Shown here: positions 10,241 through 19,326 of the stretch, piece after piece | Layout: each line of letters opens with the position of its first letter | How positions within the stretch are numbered: position 1 is the stretch's first letter | Assembly: GCA_963662285.2 (NCBI GenBank) | Contig: CAXXMV010000008.1 | Span: forward strand, 128,001-192,000 | Direction: 5' to 3' | DNA length: 64,000 nt | DNA from: a bacterium | GTDB lineage: Bacteria; Hinthialibacterota; Hinthialibacteria; Hinthialibacterales; Hinthialibacteraceae | Position numbers and translations under genes: made by a program | Notes under the pieces: model-generated | Told to the model about the DNA's origin: nothing | What the model saw: only the letters and a program-made list of their open reading frames with translations | The model's database searches: none

Positions 10241-10268
10241 TTGACAGAAATTGGAAGAATGATACTAT
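10241..10268 (+). promoter_or_regulatory. Probable sigma70 promoter of the tRNA
   Basis: TTGACA-16 nt-TACTAT, ending 17 bp before the tRNA. Confidence 0.55.
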
Positions 10269-10285
10269 TTCTTTTCCAGTGAAGA

Positions 10286-10357
10286 GGCCCTATCGTCTAG
10301 GGGTTAGGACGCCAGATTCTCATTCTGGTAACAGGGGTTCGATTCCCCTTAGGGCTA
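10286..10357 (+). tRNA. tRNA-Glu (anticodon CTC); CCA not encoded
   Basis: Acceptor GGCCCTA/TAGGGCT; anticodon arm CCAGA-TTCTCAT-TCTGG; T arm AGGGG-TTCGATT-CCCCT. Confidence 0.95.
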
Positions 10358-10428
10358 ACTCCTTTTGCTTTCCAGCAACGTATTACGTAAACCATTAATA
10401 ACCAAGTATTAAAGTTTTTTCTATCATT

Positions 10429-10469
10429 AAAACGCACTAAAATCAATCATTTGATATTAGTGCGTTTTT
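10429..10469 (+). terminator. Probable terminator after the tRNA
   Basis: aaaacgcactaa...ttagtgcgttttt. Confidence 0.55.
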
Positions 10470-10550
10470 GTATAATAGGCCGCAAGTCTCGTCTTAAGTC
10501 GATAAATTGTTTATGATTATTCAAATCTAAATGATTTCGGGGAGATCGTC

Positions 10551-13094
10551 ATGCATCAACGTTCTTTGTTATATACGCTAATAGTAATTTTGGGATCAAG
10601 CATATTTTCTGCGCCGGGTCATGCATCATTCAAAAGCAAATTTCCACAAAAAACCCTACGGTGTTGGATCGGACCGGAGTATTGGGCTAATCCAATGGAA
10701 GACTGGCGCATCAATGACGGGCGCCTGGAGTGCATATCGAGTTTCTCCAACCGCAACGTACATCTATTGACTCAAGAATTGATTGAAGGCAATGAATCAT
10801 TTGAGATAAGCGTGAAAACCGGACTGATTGATCAGGGGCTGAAAACTGGATCAGTTGGTTTCCGCATCGCGATTCAGGATGAAATCAACGATTACCGTTC
10901 ACGCCTGTTTCATGGATGGGGCATCGACGCAGGCATCAAAACCGATGGGCAATTATATATCAAGGATAAGTTTGCCGATTTAGCCCAAAAACCATCTATG
11001 GAAAATATTCTATTGACTCTGACTGGAAAACCAAACGGCCAAAAGTATGCGCTAACTCTGACCGTAACTGATTTGAATACTCAAAAGGTCATTGGAACAA
11101 TAACCAACCCGAATTTCTCGCCAGAGCAAATTAGCGGCAACATCGCCATCGTTAATAATCACTGGCTCGATGGCGCCAAGTACGCCAGCGTTTACAATAA
11201 CAAAAACACCAAGGGGCCGCGTTTCTGGTTTAAGGATTGGCGAGTCGAAGGCGGTAAAATTTCATCCAATGACGACCGGGTTTTCGGACCGATCCTATGG
11301 TCTATGTATTCCCTAAGCCGCAATGTCATGAAAATGACGGCCCTGCTACCGCCTATCGGGCAAGAAGACAACCAGACGGTTCAGCTGCAACTGCGTAAAA
11401 ACGGCGCCTGGACAACTATCGCCGAAGAAGCGGTTGATCCCAACGCCTACACCGCCACTTTCCGCATTGAATCCTGGGATGACAAACTTGATGAGTCATA
11501 CCGCTTGCTCTATAACCTTAAAACCGCCGATGGTTCAACCAAGCCGTATTACTGGTCAGGATTGATCCGTAGAGACCCCAAAGATAGCAAGACGTTATCA
11601 GTAGCCGCATATTGCTGCCAGACCGATTATGGATTTCCTCATCTTGATATGATCAGGAATTCTGCTATTCAAAATCCCGACCTGTTGTTTTTCGCTGGCG
11701 ACCAGATATATGAACAGGTAGGCGGCTATGGCATCATCCGTACGCCTGCTGACCGCGCTATTCTAAATTATCTGCGAAAGTTCTACATGTTCGGCTGGGC
11801 TTTCCGCGGCATCATGAAAGACCGCCCCACCCTATGCATCCCCGACGACCATGATGTCTTCCAAGGCAACCTGTGGGGCAACGGCGGCAATGCCATTTCA
11901 GTAAAAGATCATGACGGAGGTGGATATATCGAACCAGTTGAAATGGTTAATGTAGTGCACCGCACCAATGCATCGCACCATCCTGACGCCTACGATCCAA
12001 CCCCCATAGAACAGAACATGAGCGTCTATTACGGCGATATGGTTTATGGCCGGGTTAGTTTCGCCATTCTGGCCGACCGCATGTTCAAGTCAGGCCCGAA
12101 ATTCACCGTAACTGATTGGGAAGGTCGCCCGGATCACGTCAAAGACCCTGAATACGACGTCCAATCGCTGGATAAACCGGGCTTGGTTCTCCTGGGAGAG
12201 CGTCAATTAAAATTCCTGGACGACTGGGGACAGGATTGGCGCGGCGCCGATATGAAATGCGTATTGAGCCAAACCATCTTTTGCAACGTAGCCACTCATC
12301 ACGGAGGAGACTTAAAAATGGTTCTGGTAGCCGACCTCGACGCTAACGGATGGCCGCAGACCGGGCGCAACAAGGCTCTAGCCGCCATGCGCAAGTCATT
12401 CGCAGTGCATGTTGCGGGAGACCAACATGTGCCTTCTCTCCTGCAACACGGCATTGATGAATTCCGCGATGCCGTATGGTCGTTCTGCGTTCCAGCTATC
12501 TCGGTCGGTTATCCGCGTTCCTGGTGGCCTGACAGGATGAATAAACCAGTGAGAAACCGTCCAGCCCATAATCTACCCAACACGGGAGATTATCTGGATG
12601 GATTGGAAAATATGATCAGCGTCTACGCCATCGGCAACCCCAAAGAGGATTTATGCAAAGAAACCCGCGTCTGCACCCTGCAAGATAAATCTTCCGGTTA
12701 TGGAATCACCCGTTTCAACAAGGAAAGCCGCGAGATCACCTTTGAAGCCTACCACTTAGTCTTCGACGCCGATAATCCGACGCCAGACGACCAGTTCCCC
12801 GGATGGCCTAAAACGGTTTCCATGATAGAAAACTATGGTCGCCAAGCCAAAGCCTGGCTGCCAACCCTGGAAATCTCAGGCTCAGTTGATCCCGTGGTGC
12901 AGGTTATCAATGAGGAAAATGACGAAGTCATCTACACACTGCGCATCAAGGGAAACAAATTCACCCCCAAAGTTTTCCAGGAAGGCGCTTATACCATCAA
13001 AATCACCCAGCCATCCAAAGGTCTCAAGAAAGTGTTCAGAGGGATAAAATCGCTACCTGCTGAAAATGCGGGGATGATGAAAGTTGCGTTCTAA
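10551..13094 (+). CDS. Secreted PhoD-like (alkaline phosphatase D family) metallophosphoesterase
   Basis: Signal peptide, FFAGDQIYE, IPDDHDV, LLGERQLKFL, AGDQH. Confidence 0.85.
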   Translation: MHQRSLLYTLIVILGSSIFSAPGHASFKSKFPQKTLRCWIGPEYWANPMEDWRINDGRLECISSFSNRNVHLLTQELIEGNESFEISVKTGLIDQGLKTGSVGFRIAIQDEINDYRSRLFHGWGIDAGIKTDGQLYIKDKFADLAQKPSMENILLTLTGKPNGQKYALTLTVTDLNTQKVIGTITNPNFSPEQISGNIAIVNNHWLDGAKYASVYNNKNTKGPRFWFKDWRVEGGKISSNDDRVFGPILWSMYSLSRNVMKMTALLPPIGQEDNQTVQLQLRKNGAWTTIAEEAVDPNAYTATFRIESWDDKLDESYRLLYNLKTADGSTKPYYWSGLIRRDPKDSKTLSVAAYCCQTDYGFPHLDMIRNSAIQNPDLLFFAGDQIYEQVGGYGIIRTPADRAILNYLRKFYMFGWAFRGIMKDRPTLCIPDDHDVFQGNLWGNGGNAISVKDHDGGGYIEPVEMVNVVHRTNASHHPDAYDPTPIEQNMSVYYGDMVYGRVSFAILADRMFKSGPKFTVTDWEGRPDHVKDPEYDVQSLDKPGLVLLGERQLKFLDDWGQDWRGADMKCVLSQTIFCNVATHHGGDLKMVLVADLDANGWPQTGRNKALAAMRKSFAVHVAGDQHVPSLLQHGIDEFRDAVWSFCVPAISVGYPRSWWPDRMNKPVRNRPAHNLPNTGDYLDGLENMISVYAIGNPKEDLCKETRVCTLQDKSSGYGITRFNKESREITFEAYHLVFDADNPTPDDQFPGWPKTVSMIENYGRQAKAWLPTLEISGSVDPVVQVINEENDEVIYTLRIKGNKFTPKVFQEGAYTIKITQPSKGLKKVFRGIKSLPAENAGMMKVAF

Positions 13095-13118
13095 TACTCT
13101 TACTAAAAAAATCCAAAT

Positions 13119-13150
13119 CCCCTCTCCCGCGGGAGAGGTTAGGGTGAGGG
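13119..13150. repeat. BoxC-like half element
   Basis: cccctctcccgcgggagaggttagggtgaggg. Confidence 0.7.
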
Positions 13151-13203
13151 CGTAATTATAGACGTCTTACGGTATGTATCATTGGTTTGATTTTGAAAAA
13201 AGA

Positions 13204-13246
13204 GGTGGCTCAATCAAGGGCAGAAAATACACTGCCCTTGGCACCC
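13204..13246 (-). repeat. REP-like palindrome, family A
   Basis: caagggcag-aaaataca-ctgcccttg-gcaccc; compensatory T-A to C-G change relative to the RAYT-flanking copies. Confidence 0.85.
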
Positions 13247-13396
13247 ACGCCAGATGATATCTGGCCTCTTTTTTAATATACTCCAATGCAACTACATAAC
13301 TTACAAAATAGAGCGGGAATATGATAAGATCGAAGCATTATCCAAAATACAAGTCTGGTTTCTTGTATAATAAAAATTCATGTGGGTTCAAACGAT

Positions 13397-16300
13397 ATGA
13401 AAAAGACTTCTTTTGTTATTATTGCAATCATCAGTATATTAACCGTAATCTCCATCCCCCAATTCATTAATGCCAATACTCAGGCGAAGATCAAACCGTT
13501 ACAGATCAACAAACCTCTAATTGCCTACTGGAACTTTGACGAATCATCCGGCGTCCACTGCATTGATATCAGCGGCAACGGCTATGATGCTGTGTCGCAA
13601 CGGGGGCAATCCCCTGGATTCGAGCGTATAGAAGAATTGTTTAACATGGCAATGAATCTCTCCGGCAATCACATCCTGAGTCTCCCCGGTAATTTCGCTG
13701 TGGAAGAAATCTCGTATATCTCATTTTCCGCTTGGGTCAAACCCGCAAAACTGAACGGATTCAGGGAAATTTTCCGCAAAGATGATGGCAATAACCGTTT
13801 GCTATTTTCGTTTCAAAACAATGGGACAATTCTGGCGCTGGGGCTTAACATTGGAAGTTACGTTGAATGCGACGGTCAAATCGATCCAAAGAGAGTTCTG
13901 GATGGCGCATGGCATCACTGCGCCGCAACGTTTGATGGCCAATTTATGCGGGTTTATCTGGATGGAGAAATAGTTGGCGAACTGGAACAGCCCGGAAAAA
14001 TCAAGGCTAGAGGAAATGCCGTTGCTTTCATCGGTTCATCAAATGGCAATAGTGAGTTTTTCCAGGGTGGCTTAGACGATTTACGGATTTACAGCGAATC
14101 GCTTACATCAGGAGAAATCGCGGAACTACACGAGAATGGCGTCAAATCTGAAGAGGAGCGCATTAAAGAAATTACAAAACTGGCTAATTCAATCTACACG
14201 CGGGAGAGCAGTTTCGCCGCAACCATAGCCCACACACGGGAAAACTTCTGGAATAAAAGTTTGAATAGCAACCGCGTAGTCGCCTGGGCGCTGATGAATC
14301 GCTTAAGCAATGATTTCCCGGAAGAATACGAGCGTTTTTTTCAGTTCACAAATGCCACCGCAAACGATTATCTCATGTCCAGTGGTAATGATTTCCATCT
14401 GCGCACTCTCGATATGCTAGTAAAACTGATGGTGGAATACAAACCTTTGACCGCATCGCAATGGAAACAACAGACGCCTGAACAAATTGAGCAATGGATT
14501 TTAACCGAAAGCATCGCGCAAAAGTTCGAAGCCCTCAAGGCATCAGGTGAGGAGATTCAGTTCTCTCCACGCTGGATCGAAACAATTCTGGAAATCGGTT
14601 CGCTCATCCAGTTCCGCCCCCGCGTAGCAGAAGCCGTTGCGCCCTACATTGAACCGGATACGCCGCAGACCTGCACGCTTGCAGATGATGAAGCGCGAAA
14701 AACTTTACAGTTCGACTGGCTGCACCAAGCCGATGGGGCGCCTACTCCAAAACGCATCCAGCAAGAAATCAGCTGGGCGCGCGAAATGGCTGACCGGATA
14801 AAGGCCGATTATCCCGGTCAAGTCGATTTCACGACTGAATTATCACAATTAAATGAATTACAGACACAGACGGAAAACCTCTCATCAAATGACGAACAAC
14901 TGTATTTTCAAGTTCGCAAAGTGAAGAGAGCAATGATGTTCAAGAATCCTGTGATTGATTTTGATCAAGTGCTTTTTGTAGACATGCCTTTCCCCGCTGG
15001 CTCCGAATGGCCTCATGAAACCCGCCACCGCCTGGGCTACATGGCCGTGCCGGGAGGCAAGATCGTCGTAATCAAAGGTCTTTCGCCATACGGCGTCCCC
15101 CGCAAACTGGCGCCGCAGGAACCGCTTCACGGATCGTTCTGGCGTCCCGATCTCTCGTTTGACGGGCAAAAAGTTCTCTTCTGCTTTAAGCCGCACAACG
15201 AAAAAGCGTTTCATCTATACGAGATAGGCATCAATGGCGCTGACATGAATCAGCTAACCTATGGACCGTATGACGACCTGGACCCGATCTACCTACCGGA
15301 TGATGAACATATCATATTTTCGACCACGCGGGGTCATACCTACGTCCGTTGTATGCCGCCTACCAGTTCGTTTGTTCTGGCTCAATGCCAGACCGATGGT
15401 CAAAATGTCTATCTTATATCACGCAATAATGAGCCGGACTACTTACCATCGGTCATGAACGATGGCCGGGTTATCTACACGCGATGGGAGTATACAGATA
15501 AGCCGCTCTGGCGCGCCCAATCGCTCTGGACCATCTACCCCGACGGAACGCAAGCCAATACATTTTGGGGTAACCAGACCGTTTGGCCGGACCTTTTGAA
15601 GGACGCCCGTAACATACCAGGCAGCAGCCGGGTTATGTTCACCGGATCCGCCCACCACGACTGGTTCAGCGGCTCGGTGGGGATCATTGATCCAACGCTA
15701 GGCCTCAATTTTCCTGACGGTCTGACCAAGGTTACAGCCGAGACTCCCTGGCCCGAGTCAGGCAATGGTCCGGTAGATCCGGTTGAATCGCCGCGTTATC
15801 ACACCAGTGGAAAATATACGGCTTACTACTCGCCCTATCCACTGAGCGAGAAAGATTTCCTGGTTTCTGCTGAACGGGGATCAAAAAAACATCACAAGTT
15901 TCTGTTGTATCTGATGGATGTAGACGGCAACCGGGAACTGATCTACGAAGGCGACAATAATATCTTTCACGCCCAACCAGTGCGATCAAGAATAAAACCG
16001 CAGGTGATTCCTGACCGCGTGGCGTGGCCTTCTACCGAAGAAGAGAAACTGAATCCGCAGGATGGCGTGATGTACAGCCGCAACGTTTACGAGGGCGCCC
16101 CCCCGGAACTGCGCGGCAAAGCGAAATACATGAGGATTATGAATATTGAACCAAAAACTTACACCTACTGGCACAAACGCCCCTACGCATCGACTGGGCC
16201 AGTGGTTTCAATGGTTCAATCCGATGGCGTAAAACGTATACTGGGAACGGTTCCCATTGAAAAAGACGGCTCGATGAGTTTTTACGCTCCAACCGGCAAG

Positions 16301-17026
16301 GCTCTTCATTTCCAACTACTAGACGAAAAGTACCGCGCGCTTCAAACAATGCGCAGTTTTACGGGAGTGATGCCCGGCGAGCGCCGCAGTTGCCTGGGCT
16401 GCCACAGCCTGCACAACACCATGCCTGGAAATAGTGATAAGGCTAACAGCATTGCGTTATCCTCTGCCCCGCACCAGATCACGCCGCCGCCCTGGCCCGA
16501 CCATTCAGTAGATTACGAGCGTTACGTACAACCGACGCTCGACAAGTATTGCGGAAGTTGCCATCAGGGCGAAGGCAAAGCTAGAGAAACATTAGATCTG
16601 ACATTGAGGCCGGGTTATCTGATTTTCAAAGAACCCTATGTCACGTTGACAGGCAGGCCCAGCTGGGGAACGCCATACGTACGGCCTGAAAATCCGCCGC
16701 CGGGTTTCGGAATTGCCAACACCATTTTAGTCGAGGGCTATAGCACCATTGATCCAGAAGCCTATCAGACGTCGCCGCCGATGACCTATCTCTCATATAA
16801 AAGCCGTCTGGTTGAAATAGCCTCGAGTGGAAAGCACCACGGGGTGCAGGTTGATCCCATAAACCTTCGCAGGCTTATGGTCTGGATCGACGCCATGTGT
16901 CCCTACCGGGGCGCTGAAGAAGTACGCGCTATTCCCGATCCAGAGTTCCAAGGGATAGATTGGCTCTCGGTTCGCCCCAAAATAAACAGCGCCCCCGTCA
17001 TAATTCGTCCCGGCCCGGTGGAATAG
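13397..17026 (+). CDS. Secreted LamG + beta-propeller + HzsA-related (hydrazine synthase alpha middle domain-like) di-heme protein
   Basis: Probable start MKKTSF at 13397; LamG (IAYWNFDE...WHHCAATFDG...LDDLRIY); YTRWEYTD; LGTVPIEKDGS...LHFQLLD...QTMRS; CxxCH motifs CLGCH and CGSCH. Confidence 0.8.
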   Translation: MKKTSFVIIAIISILTVISIPQFINANTQAKIKPLQINKPLIAYWNFDESSGVHCIDISGNGYDAVSQRGQSPGFERIEELFNMAMNLSGNHILSLPGNFAVEEISYISFSAWVKPAKLNGFREIFRKDDGNNRLLFSFQNNGTILALGLNIGSYVECDGQIDPKRVLDGAWHHCAATFDGQFMRVYLDGEIVGELEQPGKIKARGNAVAFIGSSNGNSEFFQGGLDDLRIYSESLTSGEIAELHENGVKSEEERIKEITKLANSIYTRESSFAATIAHTRENFWNKSLNSNRVVAWALMNRLSNDFPEEYERFFQFTNATANDYLMSSGNDFHLRTLDMLVKLMVEYKPLTASQWKQQTPEQIEQWILTESIAQKFEALKASGEEIQFSPRWIETILEIGSLIQFRPRVAEAVAPYIEPDTPQTCTLADDEARKTLQFDWLHQADGAPTPKRIQQEISWAREMADRIKADYPGQVDFTTELSQLNELQTQTENLSSNDEQLYFQVRKVKRAMMFKNPVIDFDQVLFVDMPFPAGSEWPHETRHRLGYMAVPGGKIVVIKGLSPYGVPRKLAPQEPLHGSFWRPDLSFDGQKVLFCFKPHNEKAFHLYEIGINGADMNQLTYGPYDDLDPIYLPDDEHIIFSTTRGHTYVRCMPPTSSFVLAQCQTDGQNVYLISRNNEPDYLPSVMNDGRVIYTRWEYTDKPLWRAQSLWTIYPDGTQANTFWGNQTVWPDLLKDARNIPGSSRVMFTGSAHHDWFSGSVGIIDPTLGLNFPDGLTKVTAETPWPESGNGPVDPVESPRYHTSGKYTAYYSPYPLSEKDFLVSAERGSKKHHKFLLYLMDVDGNRELIYEGDNNIFHAQPVRSRIKPQVIPDRVAWPSTEEEKLNPQDGVMYSRNVYEGAPPELRGKAKYMRIMNIEPKTYTYWHKRPYASTGPVVSMVQSDGVKRILGTVPIEKDGSMSFYAPTGKALHFQLLDEKYRALQTMRSFTGVMPGERRSCLGCHSLHNTMPGNSDKANSIALSSAPHQITPPPWPDHSVDYERYVQPTLDKYCGSCHQGEGKARETLDLTLRPGYLIFKEPYVTLTGRPSWGTPYVRPENPPPGFGIANTILVEGYSTIDPEAYQTSPPMTYLSYKSRLVEIASSGKHHGVQVDPINLRRLMVWIDAMCPYRGAEEVRAIPDPEFQGIDWLSVRPKINSAPVIIRPGPVE

Positions 17027-17106
17027 GGCGCTCACGAGGGCAATATCATTAAATCAAGTAATTTTTATCTTAAAATAAGTAGGGCTTGCTGTTTTAGATG
17101 GAAGTC

Positions 17107-17134
17107 TTGACAAATGAATAGTTTATGCTACACT
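17107..17134 (+). promoter_or_regulatory. Probable transposase promoter
   Basis: TTGACA-16 nt-TACACT with TGn extended -10, inside the left end. Confidence 0.5.
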
Positions 17135-17203
17135 CATTCTATGAATCCTGCAAGGGGAATTACATAAAACCCTTAAAACCTTTGCACTTGAGAGTGGATA
17201 AAG

Positions 17204-18787
17204 ATGTATAAAAACGACTCTTTTACTCCGATGTTTCCCGAATTTGGTTTGCCCTTTGGCGGTTATCTTGATCCCGATAATCGCTGGGTGAAAAAAGCGG
17301 CCATGATTCCCTGGGAGGTGGTTGAGCGTGAATACAAAAATAAGTTAAGCGGCTCGACGACTGGTTGTCCGGCTCTGACCGCCCGAATGGCATTTGGCTC
17401 TTTGGTTATCAAAGAAGAACTCAAAGCATCAGATCGTGAAACTGTCGAACAGATCCGTGAAAATCCTTATCTCCAGTTTTTTATCGGATTGGACGGTTTT
17501 CAAACCGGAGAACCTTTTGATGCTTCCATGATGGTTCATTTCCGCAAACGTTTTCCCGTCGAATCGATGAATAAAATTAACGAAGCGATGACCTTGGCGG
17601 CGGCGAAACCCAAAGATGATAAATCATCAGATGAAGATGATGACGTTCCAAAAGATTCCATGAAGTTATCAGATGAATCGACGTCCAATAAGGATGGCAA
17701 TGAAACTTTCGAGGTTGAGAACCGGGGCAAGTTATTGATCGATGCGACTTGCACTCCAGCCGATATTCGTTACCCCACCGATTTGAATTTACTCAACGAA
17801 GCGCGTGAAAAAACGGAAGCGATAATTGATCGGCTCCATCAGGAACGCCCGGACGGCAGCAAGAAACCACGTACCTATCGTGAAAATGCACGTAAAGAAT
17901 ATCTTGCTATCTCCAAGAAAAAAAGAAATCCATACAAAGTAATTCGTCGAGCCATTCGTAAACAATTGGGTTATGTGAATAGAAATCTGGCGCATATAAA
18001 AACTCTCTCGCAGACTGTTTCCCTAGGTGTTTTGAAACGGAACCTCTATCGGGCGCTGTTGGTGATCAGCGAATTATATCGACAACAAAAAATCATGTAT
18101 GACTCGAAACAAAAGCGTATTGCTGACAGGATTGTCAGTATTTGGTTTCCGTATGTGCGTCCCATTAAACGCGGCAAAGCCAATGCCGAGACGGAGTTTG
18201 GCGCAAAACTAAATCTCAGTCTGGTCAATGGATTCGCGTTTATGGAAAGAATTGATTGGAACAATTTCAACGAGTCAACAGATTTGATTCAAACGATAAA
18301 AAACTTTCGCCACCATTTTGGTTTCTTTCCTGAATCGGTTCATGTAGATCAAATTTACCGGAACAAAAGTAATAGGGATTATTGCAAAAAATATGGTATT
18401 AGAATATCCGGCCCAGCGATGGGACGTCCCGTCAAAGATAAAATCATTCGCCGGGAACAAAAGCAACTCGCCCGGCAAGATGAAATAGATCGTGTTGCCA
18501 TTGAAGGAAAATTTGGAGAGGGAAAACGTCGCTTCGGCTTGGCGAGAATCATGGCTAAACTGGCAGAAACCTCACTGACGGTTATCGGATTGAACCTGTT
18601 CGTAATGAATCTGCATAAGATTTCACGACTGGGTAATTTAAATCGGTTCTTTTTGTTTATCGATTTGTGGATTGAGGTAATACAAGAGGCGCTTCAAACG
18701 CTTATCAAATCAAAATGGAGACGCTGGATCAATTTTTTCAGCAATCAAAGTTCATTCGGCAGTGATCCCGTTCGTACATCGCCCTGA
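17204..18787 (+). CDS. DDE transposase, IS5 family-like
   Basis: ENPYLQFFIG, FDASMMVHFRKR, LLIDATCTPADIRYPTD, TEFGAK, VDQIY, IEGKFGEGKRRFGL. Confidence 0.9.
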   Translation: MYKNDSFTPMFPEFGLPFGGYLDPDNRWVKKAAMIPWEVVEREYKNKLSGSTTGCPALTARMAFGSLVIKEELKASDRETVEQIRENPYLQFFIGLDGFQTGEPFDASMMVHFRKRFPVESMNKINEAMTLAAAKPKDDKSSDEDDDVPKDSMKLSDESTSNKDGNETFEVENRGKLLIDATCTPADIRYPTDLNLLNEAREKTEAIIDRLHQERPDGSKKPRTYRENARKEYLAISKKKRNPYKVIRRAIRKQLGYVNRNLAHIKTLSQTVSLGVLKRNLYRALLVISELYRQQKIMYDSKQKRIADRIVSIWFPYVRPIKRGKANAETEFGAKLNLSLVNGFAFMERIDWNNFNESTDLIQTIKNFRHHFGFFPESVHVDQIYRNKSNRDYCKKYGIRISGPAMGRPVKDKIIRREQKQLARQDEIDRVAIEGKFGEGKRRFGLARIMAKLAETSLTVIGLNLFVMNLHKISRLGNLNRFFLFIDLWIEVIQEALQTLIKSKWRRWINFFSNQSSFGSDPVRTSP

Positions 18788-18854
18788 GTCACTACCGAAG
18801 ATTATAATCTTCGGTAGTTGAAAACGTTTTTCAGCAAGCCCTAAGTAATTTGTT

Positions 18855-18891
18855 CAAGGGCTGACCGCGTTGCGGTCTTGCTTTTGGCCCC
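18855..18891 (-). repeat. REP-like palindrome, family B
   Basis: caagggctgaccgc-gtt-gcggtcttgcttttggcccc. Confidence 0.7.
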
Positions 18892-19326
18892 CATGCCAAC
18901 GGAGTTGAGGCACAAAGAAATATTCCAAGCAATGGATGATATATTTATCCAATAGACCGTTCGATTACTGTTGCACGCATACTTTGGACCTTATTTATTA
19001 AGTTTGAACGAATAATTGTAATATTTTTGTGATACCCCGGAATGTAGTAAATTTTAAATCTCTCAATATTCAGGATTTAGCAATCCAGGTATACATATGC
19101 AAAATCCTAATACTTAAAAAAACGTGTTGGATTCTCACCCAGAGTAGACTCTTGATTGTTTTTTTATAATAATTTTCTTGATTTTATTATGCTATGTCGT
19201 TATTGGGAGAAATCTTGGTTAGGCGTGTCTCTTTTCATATAATAGAATTGATTCATGTTAAACTAGTATAAACAATCAATTTCTCATCATCCTGTTGCAT
19301 TTAAAAAATAATGAGAGTATAGGCTT

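Larger units (their letters stand above)
17081..18842 (+). mobile_element. Complete IS5-family-like insertion sequence (1762 bp)
   Basis: Terminal inverted repeats agggcttgctg / cagcaagccct. Flanking AAGT is duplicated (17077-17080, 18843-18846); a TA duplication with ends shifted 1 bp also fits. Confidence 0.85.

Noticed and set aside
13397-17026. True hydrazine synthase / anammox pathway
   Set aside because: No beta or gamma subunit genes, and the extra LamG domain fits non-anammox homologues.
17026-17041. GTAG-REP fragments (also near 63860-63872)
   Set aside because: Only partial matches of 13-16 bp, too short to call.
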